A stretch of 32,000 nucleotides of DNA, from the NCBI RefSeq assembly GCF_008000775.2, contig NZ_CP042905.2, positions 3,960,001 through 3,992,000 of the forward strand, given 5' to 3'. This document shows positions 1 to 7,212 of this stretch, in pieces (the first letter of the stretch is position 1; each line of letters starts with the position of its first letter). Below the pieces are notes generated by a model that saw only the letters and a list, made by a program, of their open reading frames with translations, made no database searches and was not told the origin of the DNA. The position numbers were made by a program, and so were the translations under genes. The stretch comes from Promethearchaeum syntrophicum. GTDB lineage: Archaea; Asgardarchaeota; Lokiarchaeia; Sigyniarchaeales; Promethearchaeaceae.

Positions 1-1
1 T

Positions 2-811
2 TATAAACGTGGTAAGATCGAAGTTGTAGCTCTTCGAGGATTAAATTGTACATTTAATCAAGGTGAGATAACAGTTATAATGGGACCGTCAGGATGTGGA
101 AAAACCACTTTATTGAATTTAATCGGAGGATTAGACCGTCCAAATTCCGGGAATATCATAGTTGATGGTCAAAATATTTGTCATTTATCAGATAATGAGC
201 TTGAAAAATATCGTAGGAACAAAATTGGATTTGTTTTTCAATTTCTAAATTTAATTCCAGAATTAACGGCAGAAGAAAACATAATACTTCCTTTGGAGCT
301 TTCAGGAACACTAACCAAAGAACGAAAAGAGTTTGTAAAAGAGTTATTAAATATTGTGGGATTGGAAGATCGGGTTGTCCATAGACCAGATGAATTATCG
401 GGAGGAGAACAACAACGGATAAGTGTAGCAGCCGCTTTAGCTAACAACCCAGATGTTGTATTATGTGATGAACCTACGGGAGAATTAGATAGTCAATCCA
501 AAAATGTAGTTTTTGGTTTACTTCGCTCTATAATAGAGCGATTTCCAAAAAAATCTATAATAATTGTATCTCATGATCCAGATCTAAAGCAAATTGCCGA
601 TAAGATGTATTATATTCGAGATGGTGCAATATCACATCATTTTTCCAAAAAAGAATTGGAAGAATTAAAGCATGGGACATCAGAACAAGATGATTTTTCA
701 AAACGAGACCCAAATCGTGCTAAAGAGGTAGCACTATTAGAATTAAGAGAACTATCGCATATAATAAATGAAAAAATTAAAAAAATCGATAAAAACCTTC
801 ATGCACAATGA
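2..811 (+). CDS. ABC transporter ATP-binding subunit (MacB/LolD-like), N-terminus cut by window edge
   Basis: Walker A GPSGCGKTT, ABC signature LSGGEQQR, Walker B VVLCDEPTGELD, H-loop VSHD. The frame is open from nt 2 (YKRGKIEVVALRGLNCTFNQGEITVI precedes the Met at 80), so the true start lies upstream of the window. A charged tail of about 45 aa follows the ABC fold. Confidence 0.9.
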   Translation, partial: YKRGKIEVVALRGLNCTFNQGEITVIMGPSGCGKTTLLNLIGGLDRPNSGNIIVDGQNICHLSDNELEKYRRNKIGFVFQFLNLIPELTAEENIILPLELSGTLTKERKEFVKELLNIVGLEDRVVHRPDELSGGEQQRISVAAALANNPDVVLCDEPTGELDSQSKNVVFGLLRSIIERFPKKSIIIVSHDPDLKQIADKMYYIRDGAISHHFSKKELEELKHGTSEQDDFSKRDPNRAKEVALLELRELSHIINEKIKKIDKNLHAQ

Positions 812-817
812 TGAATT

Positions 818-1390
818 CTAAACCAAATTCTGCTTTTTTTTCTCATTATACAATTTTAATGCATTTTCCATTGAATTTAGAATTAAACTTCTTTCGTCCT
901 CTTTTAATCCTTTAGCATATTCGGATATCTGTTCAATTATGAATGAAGCATCTTCACTTAACCGATCTAAGTGAACAAACTGCTCAATTACCTGTGCTGT
1001 TAAGAGATTTGAAAAAGTTGTACCATTTTGCTTTTTTAACATTTTCGCAACATCATAAATAGGAATCCCGAGACGAGTGTATTTATTGCGATATTCATGA
1101 AGTCCTTGAGATGTTAACTCTGCGCACACTAATTCTCGTAAATGGGGAGCTGCAATGAATTCAAGACCTAAACCTCCTAACCTTCTTAGAACATTAAGTG
1201 ATACATTTTTCGCGTCTTCCGTACCCAAATCAGTTTCTTCAATAAGAGAATCTATAATTTTCTGAGGATCGAATTTCATTAGTTCTCCACGAGTATTTTC
1301 CACAGTTTTTGGTAGAAGATCTTCAGGAGAAATTATTGATTTTTGTTTTTGCTTGTTTTGTTTGTTTGGATCAAATTTTATATTGAACAC
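818..1390 (-). CDS. Stand-alone ATP-cone domain protein with helical C-terminal extension
   Basis: Residues about 28-115 (VENTRGELMKFDPQKIIDSLIEE...APHLRELVCAELTSQGLHEYRNKYTRLG) follow the ATP-cone pattern (V.k.dG....F...KI..SL ... lre.V...L...g....a..Y). The start at 1390 is GTG. The next ATG (M38) would cut into the domain. Confidence 0.6.
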   Translation of the reverse strand: MFNIKFDPNKQNKQKQKSIISPEDLLPKTVENTRGELMKFDPQKIIDSLIEETDLGTEDAKNVSLNVLRRLGGLGLEFIAAPHLRELVCAELTSQGLHEYRNKYTRLGIPIYDVAKMLKKQNGTTFSNLLTAQVIEQFVHLDRLSEDASFIIEQISEYAKGLKEDERSLILNSMENALKLYNEKKKQNLV

Positions 1391-1507
1391 TTCTTACACC
1401 CTATTGAATTTTATCTCCAAATGTATAAAAATTTCAGTATTGCGAGATTATCGTAATCCTACGCTTACGACCAAAATCGACTATAAAATCTGAGATCTTT
1501 TTTTATT

Positions 1508-1795
1508 TTACTCTTGAAATAAAGAAGGATCTATATTTTCTCCACACGATTCACAGTAAAATTGAATTTTCAATTTAACTAGATCAATCATCTTTTGCGG
1601 AAATTCAATTCCACAAAAAGGGCAAAAAAATTGTTTTTTGAGGGCAGGGGGAGTATCCATACGACCAATATAATTATGGGGATTAGAAATCGCAGCCACT
1701 TCTTGATCTGAATGTGCTGAGGGGGTGTTCATACGACCTATATATTCGTCGGGGGACGCTCCAGCTAATTTTTTATATTCCTTTTTTTTCGACAT
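1508..1795 (-). CDS. Small zinc-ribbon protein with duplicated YIGRM(N/D)TP motif
   Basis: ATG start, 95 aa. C-terminal CPFC-x19-CESC zinc ribbon. N-terminal half carries two copies of YIGRM[ND]TP[SP]A (aa 18-27 and 42-51). Confidence 0.6.
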   Translation of the reverse strand: MSKKKEYKKLAGASPDEYIGRMNTPSAHSDQEVAAISNPHNYIGRMDTPPALKKQFFCPFCGIEFPQKMIDLVKLKIQFYCESCGENIDPSLFQE

Positions 1796-1826
1796 AAAAT
1801 CAAATCTTCAAAAGCTATAACTCAAT

Positions 1827-2837
1827 TTAACTAATTAAATATTGTTGAGAATTTTTCCTCTTTTTTTTTTTTTTATTAAAAATTATTTGTATTGATATTG
1901 GTTGTTTTTTAAAGGGTGATATGGCTAAAATAGACCAATCTTCAGAGATTCCTACTGTTAGCATTGTTCCTTCATTTATTTTATATTTTTGAAGAATTTT
2001 TAGATTCCATAAATCATAGATTTTAATTTCTTTTTTTAAACTAATTGTTAGAAAATACTTACCATCATCACTAAATTTTACATAAGTTATTGATGATTTG
2101 ACCGGAATTTTTTTAATAATTTCCTTAGTTTCTAAATTCCAGAGAAATATGACTTTTTCTCTGCCTCCGGAGATTAAATATGGAAATTTAGGATTAAAAT
2201 CCATAGTATAGATCATTTTTCGATGGCCTTCCAACTTATAATTCAATTTTCCCGAGGGAAAATCCCACAAATAAATAGTATTCTCATCACCTATGCTTGA
2301 AAAAATCGGAATTCGAGAATTAATTTTTACTACATGAATTTTTTCTTTGGGACCCTTATCAGATTTGACAAAATTTGCTTTTTCAATTCGTATCCAGTTA
2401 TTATTTCTATCTTTGATGATTTTCCAGATAATTATAGTTCGATCTTCACCCGCTGATACTATATAGTCCTTTAAAGGATCAATATCTATTGAAAAAACCT
2501 TAGAATTATTATGCTGAAGCGTAAAAACAGATTTTTCTTCATTTATATCCCATATTTTGACCATTCCATCCTTTGATCCAGAGATTAAATAATGATTATC
2601 TTCACAGAATTTCAAGGATGTGATACTGGATGAATGTTCATTTAGAATTTTATGTTTTTCTATTCTTTTTAATCCTTCATTATCAATAATTTTCCAGATG
2701 ATGATATGTTTGTCCCAAGATCCACTAGCTAACCATTGATTATTCAAACTAAATTCAAGAATTCTAATTTCATCTTTATGATCGATAATATTGAGTGATT
2801 TCTCAGGTGAAAAATCAAAAAAACTATCGGAAATCAT
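1827..2837 (-). CDS. WD40 repeat (beta-propeller) protein
   Basis: Six to seven units of about 40 aa ending in W[KDN]: SGSWDKHIIIWKI, SGSKDGMVKIWDI, SAGEDRTIIIWKI, IGDENTIYLWDF, SGGREKVIFLWNL, SLKKEIKIYDL. The start overlaps the upstream stop as ATGA. Confidence 0.85.
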   Translation of the reverse strand: MISDSFFDFSPEKSLNIIDHKDEIRILEFSLNNQWLASGSWDKHIIIWKIIDNEGLKRIEKHKILNEHSSSITSLKFCEDNHYLISGSKDGMVKIWDINEEKSVFTLQHNNSKVFSIDIDPLKDYIVSAGEDRTIIIWKIIKDRNNNWIRIEKANFVKSDKGPKEKIHVVKINSRIPIFSSIGDENTIYLWDFPSGKLNYKLEGHRKMIYTMDFNPKFPYLISGGREKVIFLWNLETKEIIKKIPVKSSITYVKFSDDGKYFLTISLKKEIKIYDLWNLKILQKYKINEGTMLTVGISEDWSILAISPFKKQPISIQIIFNKKKKKRKNSQQYLIS

Positions 2838-3190
2838 TTTTTAAAATCCACATTACGATAGTCCAAAATAGGAACCCCTTTTAGATTATTTCTCAAAAGA
2901 ATCTCAACTCGTTCTGGAAATAGATTTTCTTGGATGATTTGACGATCAATAAAGACTCCAAAGGGATATTCTTTATTTTTTAATTCCATTTCTTGAAAAT
3001 GACCAAATCGATCAACCATGAAATTTCTCCTGTATAATTCAACATTAACAACCCCTCCGAGAGCATGACTATCTGCAAATAAAATCACTATCTCTTCCTC
3101 CGGAAAATTCTCTTCTTGAAATTTTTTGATAAAAGCAAGCGCTTCATTAGTAACGGAAATTTCGTACATCACTGAAGTTAATTCACACAT
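2834..3190 (-). CDS. Hypothetical 118-aa protein, translationally coupled to the WD40 gene
   Basis: Long open frame in stop-rich AT DNA. Its stop overlaps the WD40 start (ATGA at 2834-2837). I recognise no family motif. Alternative start at M8 (MYEISV...). Confidence 0.55.
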   Translation of the reverse strand: MCELTSVMYEISVTNEALAFIKKFQEENFPEEEIVILFADSHALGGVVNVELYRRNFMVDRFGHFQEMELKNKEYPFGVFIDRQIIQENLFPERVEILLRNNLKGVPILDYRNVDFKK

Positions 3191-3264
3191 GATAAAAATT
3201 CTATTCCTTTCAAAAAAATTAGATTATTAAAAAAAAAATTATAATTGAAAGCAAATTACCCAAA

Positions 3265-4449
3265 CTAACAATCTATTTTAAAAATCTCGTTTTGAAGTGG
3301 TCCAGTTACTTTTACAATTCCATTTCCATCAATATAAACATCTACTTCAGTACGTACTCCAATTTTTTCATTTGGCAAATATATTCCGGGCTCTACACTA
3401 TGAAGAATGTAAGGAACGATTCTTCGTTCATCTTTAGTCTCCAAACTATCCAAATGAACAGCGTTACCGTGGACTTCCTGCCCTATAGAATGTCCCGTGC
3501 GATGTACAAAATATCGCCCAAATCCTTTTTCATTAATGAAATCACGCGCAATTTTATCAAGTTCCCAACCAAAGCACTCTTTTCCTTCCCTAAATTTCTC
3601 CTTTTCGAATTTGATTACAAGATCTCTAGCATCTCTAACAATTTCCCAAATTTCTTGATATCTTGGGGGAATTTTTATTCCTGCATAGGCCATCATAGTA
3701 AAATCATAGAATATTGAGCCAGTTTTTTTCATTTTTGCCCAGGAATCAATGAGAATAATATCACCTTTCTTAATTTCCACAGTTGTAATTGCAGGATCAA
3801 AATGGGGATCTGCTGCATGGTCGTTTACTGACACTTGGGGGGGAGATTCCATACAATCTAACCCGTTTTTTTCCATCTGAGATTTCATCCAAAGTGAAAT
3901 ATCATATTCGGTAAAAGATTCATTTAGTTTTAACCTCCGTCCAATTTCTTGAAAAGCGCCAATTGTAATTTTATGCATTAATGGCATTGCTTCCATATGA
4001 GTCTGGAATGCATCTTCTTTTACCAATCCCTCATATTTTTGAATTAAATCCATTGAAGAAACAATTTCAACTCCAAAACTGCGAATCAACTCTCCGGTTC
4101 CTAAATCAATAGTTGAAATATACGGAATATTATTGTTTGGGGAATAATTCATAGCAATTTTTGAACCATTTGGGAGAATTTCCCTTAGGAATTTATGAAG
4201 TTCTTCCCATTTTAAATAATAATGCTCATCACCAGGTAAATTTGCTAGTTTTTTTGGTTCAACTTTACTTAAAATTTTTTGAGGATTTCCTTTCGCGGGA
4301 ATAAAATAAAACCACCTTCGGGAAGTATGTTTTTTTTCATCCAAATCTAATATTCTATAACTAATCATATCACGATTAGCAAAATCAAAGAATAACCATC
4401 CATCAAAGTTGAGTTCTCTAATGCTTTCTTGAATATCCAATAATTCCAT
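3265..4449 (-). CDS. M24 family metallopeptidase (Xaa-Pro aminopeptidase/prolidase-like)
   Basis: Pita-bread fold motifs HRTGHSIGQEVHG, VEPGIY, GVRTEVDVYI, plus a creatinase-N-like N-terminal half. Confidence 0.85.
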   Translation of the reverse strand: MELLDIQESIRELNFDGWLFFDFANRDMISYRILDLDEKKHTSRRWFYFIPAKGNPQKILSKVEPKKLANLPGDEHYYLKWEELHKFLREILPNGSKIAMNYSPNNNIPYISTIDLGTGELIRSFGVEIVSSMDLIQKYEGLVKEDAFQTHMEAMPLMHKITIGAFQEIGRRLKLNESFTEYDISLWMKSQMEKNGLDCMESPPQVSVNDHAADPHFDPAITTVEIKKGDIILIDSWAKMKKTGSIFYDFTMMAYAGIKIPPRYQEIWEIVRDARDLVIKFEKEKFREGKECFGWELDKIARDFINEKGFGRYFVHRTGHSIGQEVHGNAVHLDSLETKDERRIVPYILHSVEPGIYLPNEKIGVRTEVDVYIDGNGIVKVTGPLQNEIFKIDC

Positions 4450-4463
4450 GGTAATTTCTAATT

Positions 4464-5642
4464 CTATATAATAATCAAAGGAACATAAAGCTCGTCATCA
4501 CTTAACCCGCCATGGTTTCCAATCAATTCATGTCGAGTTTCACCAATTAATTGATCTCGGAGAATATAATTATCCTTCATTAACAAAATATAATCCCCTG
4601 TACGGTTGAATAATTGTTTATTGGGCTCAAACAAACCATAATAATTTTGATTGATAAGAATTTCTCCTTTTATTAATTCTCCAGCGTGATTTAGATGGGT
4701 TTTTATATAATTTTCAAAATCAGCCACTTTTGAAGGTCTAACATAGAAAAAAGGAGCGCGAGTTTCTCCACAAACGGGCATTGTCAGAGTTTCATAAAGT
4801 TTTGGATGATCCTTTAACCAAATTGTATGTTCAGGAGATGTATCGATAAGACCATGATCAGCGGTGACTAATAAACGAATTTTAGAATTTTTTTCTTTCA
4901 GTTTAAGAGAAAAATTTGCAATTTTCTTATCTAATTCTCGAAAATGATTTATTGCTCCTTGACTTTGTATCCCACATTCATGCGAAATTGTATCAAATTT
5001 GGACCAATAAGCACTTATATATTTTTTCTTAGTACCTGATGTTCTAGAAACAGTGGATAGAATTTTCTTAAGTAAATCATCGAAATTTTCATAGCCAATT
5101 TGCGAGCTACCTTCTAAAATGTAATTACTATATGCACTTCCCTTAAACTCTTTAGGAATTATTGAAAAATAATCGTACTTTAAGTGGGCAAAGAATTTCT
5201 TAAATGAACAGATATCAGAAAAATGAATGTTGTTTTTTCCAAGATGGAAATTAAATCCTCGCATTCCAAAGGGCATAATTACAGAAACCATACCAAGTTC
5301 CCTTAAATACGTGAACCAAGCAGGAACACCATGATTTTGAGGAGCTAATCCAGAGTAAAAGGTTGTCATCGCTGCAGATGTTGTTGTAGGAAAAACAGTA
5401 TTTATTTTTCCTTTAAGATTTTTAAATAAGAATGATTCTCTCCCATATTTTCTAAGGAAATTATATCCTAAACCATCAATTATCATTAATACAATCGTTT
5501 CATCGTTAGCGAGTTCATTTGGGCTTAAAATCTTTAAATTTGGGTAAGGGGAATCAACTTCAAAATGAGCAAGAATCGAACTCATTAAATTTACAATTGA
5601 ATTATCATTATAATCCGGAATTTGCATCTTCATCATTCTCAT
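4464..5642 (-). CDS. Alkaline-phosphatase-superfamily hydrolase (type I phosphodiesterase/nucleotide pyrophosphatase-like, COG1524-type)
   Basis: Metal ligand LMIIDGLGYNFL, nucleophile region VFPTTTSAAMTTFYSGLAPQNHG, VTADHGL, IGNHGGLSDDELYVPL. The start overlaps the upstream gene stop (ATGA at 5639-5642). Confidence 0.8.
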   Translation of the reverse strand: MRMMKMQIPDYNDNSIVNLMSSILAHFEVDSPYPNLKILSPNELANDETIVLMIIDGLGYNFLRKYGRESFLFKNLKGKINTVFPTTTSAAMTTFYSGLAPQNHGVPAWFTYLRELGMVSVIMPFGMRGFNFHLGKNNIHFSDICSFKKFFAHLKYDYFSIIPKEFKGSAYSNYILEGSSQIGYENFDDLLKKILSTVSRTSGTKKKYISAYWSKFDTISHECGIQSQGAINHFRELDKKIANFSLKLKEKNSKIRLLVTADHGLIDTSPEHTIWLKDHPKLYETLTMPVCGETRAPFFYVRPSKVADFENYIKTHLNHAGELIKGEILINQNYYGLFEPNKQLFNRTGDYILLMKDNYILRDQLIGETRHELIGNHGGLSDDELYVPLIII

Positions 5643-6526
5643 TTTTTTTTTGAATATCGTTTTGCAAGTACCTCAACAATTTTTTTTCTTACTGCAAAAT
5701 CAGAAAGTTGAATTTTTTTTGCTTTACTACCCACCTTCTTGATGATTAGTGAAGCACAATTATCCAAGTCATATTTCTTCATGCATTTTTTAAGAATTCT
5801 ATCAAATTTTCCCTCGTTCATTGGTTCAATGAAAATTTTGATAACCAATTGTTCATCTTCTTTTTCATGTAATTTATTTGAGATTTTACCCAGATATTTT
5901 ACTTTTGCTTCGATATAATCCGAAACCAATTTTTCATTAGCGTAATTTCCATCAAAAAGGATTCTCGCTGAAGATAAAGTATCGATGTGAGAATCGATTT
6001 TTTGAAGAGGGAGTCTATTAATATCGAAAACACCCATTTGTAAGATTTTAACTTCATTTGTAGATAATCTTTTTAGCAAATATGGTGGGATACTTGGTAT
6101 TTTATCAACTATCTCAGCAATGGTTTTCCTTTTTGATACTGACTTACTTTTAATTTTGGAATCAGGTTTTTTCTTAGGTTTTATTGAAGATTTATGCACT
6201 CCAGTCCTAATTTTGGATGTTTTATGCGGAATCGTTTTTGAATTCCGGATATGATCATTTAAAATATGACTTTCTAAAGAGTAACCTTGAGGTTTCTTTT
6301 TACTATAAATAATAACTCCATCTGTACGTAATTGCTTAATTGATGTATTAGGAGTCCATTTTTGGGGGATATTGTTGAATTTTTTGAACTTTTCTAATAA
6401 TATCGAGGCAGAGGGGATCAATGGATTAGTTTTAAATAAATTTCTTAATTCCTTAATAAATTTAGGTGATTGCGTCAGTTGAATTTTGATTTGTTTTTGC
6501 TTTGTAGATTTTTTTTGAGGAGGCAA
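5639..6526 (-). CDS. Hypothetical lysine-rich protein (possible winged-helix N-terminus, K/S/P-rich linker, unassigned C-terminal domain)
   Basis: 295 codons open in AT-rich DNA. TTG start at 6526 with an in-frame TAA two codons upstream. First in-frame ATG is codon 164. IKQLRTDGVIIYSKKKPQGYSLE resembles a wHTH wing. The linker is KTSKIRTGVHKSSIKPKKKPDSKIKSKSVSKRK. Confidence 0.6.
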   Translation of the reverse strand: MPPQKKSTKQKQIKIQLTQSPKFIKELRNLFKTNPLIPSASILLEKFKKFNNIPQKWTPNTSIKQLRTDGVIIYSKKKPQGYSLESHILNDHIRNSKTIPHKTSKIRTGVHKSSIKPKKKPDSKIKSKSVSKRKTIAEIVDKIPSIPPYLLKRLSTNEVKILQMGVFDINRLPLQKIDSHIDTLSSARILFDGNYANEKLVSDYIEAKVKYLGKISNKLHEKEDEQLVIKIFIEPMNEGKFDRILKKCMKKYDLDNCASLIIKKVGSKAKKIQLSDFAVRKKIVEVLAKRYSKKK

Positions 6527-6615
6527 TGCATTTTACCTTTTAATTTAATTCAAGCGAAAAAAACCCATGACTTAAGAAAAATTTTTACAAAACTAAGAAA
6601 AGTCAATAAAATAGG

Positions 6616-7119
6616 TTAAACATGCATTTTTTTAATCAATTTGTATGTTTCATTCGAAGCACATTGAGGACAATTAGGTTTTTCTGTTAGACTTGAATTT
6701 TTTTCTTCATATTCAGGAGTAGCCCACTCAAAACCACAATTTAAGCAAGAATGACCGTAAAATGATGTTTTCAAAAGATTATTTGATTGATTTAATGTTT
6801 CGTTTTGAGTATTGTCTATAGCTGGACATGGGTTAGAAGTAGAATGAGATTGAATAGTTATACCAAGTCCTTCTACTAAAGCTTTTGTCATTTTTTGGTG
6901 AGCTTTTACAAGGATTCGAGAAAATGTTGTCTGAGATATGCACATTTCTTCAGCAGCATTGTTTTGCCTAAGATTTTCATAATGTTTAAGCCTTAATGCT
7001 TCAAATTCTTCTGCAGTTAAATAAATTTTCTCAAAATTCTCTTGTTTCATGCCCTTAGGGCGAAAATAGTTAAATCTCGGTCTAAAATGCGAAATTTTTC
7101 GATATTTATGTGGTCTCAT
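6616..7119 (-). CDS. DUF134/UPF0251-family DNA-binding protein with C-terminal zinc ribbon
   Basis: N-terminal MRPHKYRKI..RPRFNYFRPKG and HTH block LTAEEFEALRLKHYENLRQNNAAEEMCISQTTFSRILVKAHQKMTKALVEG match the DUF134 pattern as I recall it. C-terminal CLNC-x27-CPQC. Confidence 0.75.
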   Translation of the reverse strand: MRPHKYRKISHFRPRFNYFRPKGMKQENFEKIYLTAEEFEALRLKHYENLRQNNAAEEMCISQTTFSRILVKAHQKMTKALVEGLGITIQSHSTSNPCPAIDNTQNETLNQSNNLLKTSFYGHSCLNCGFEWATPEYEEKNSSLTEKPNCPQCASNETYKLIKKMHV

Positions 7120-7212
7120 AACAAATTATGAATAATAAGTAAAAATTAATACTTATTAATTTCCCTTTTTAATTAAAATCAAATCAATTTAGGGAAAAAA
7201 AGGGATTTACGA

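Noticed and set aside
805-835. ATGATGA at the ABC gene stop as a C box of a C/D box sRNA
   Set aside because: There is no downstream CTGA D box at the appropriate spacing and no terminal stem. The motif is simply the overlapping stop codons TGATGA.
1861-1874. T14 (A14 on the coding strand) tract near the 3-prime end of the WD40 gene as a slippage or phase-variation site
   Set aside because: It encodes only the KKKKK of a short C-terminal tail. All three frames terminate within about 10 codons after the tract, so slippage would have negligible functional effect. It could also be an assembly-length ambiguity.
4464-5642. AP-superfamily hydrolase considered as a PglZ-like component of a BREX-type system together with the 818-aa methyltransferase
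   Set aside because: The motifs (PTTT nucleophile region, DHG, GNHGG; 392 aa) fit NPP/COG1524-type enzymes rather than the larger PglZ proteins. It lies 13 kb from the methyltransferase on the other strand, and no BrxC, BrxL or BrxA-like genes are present.
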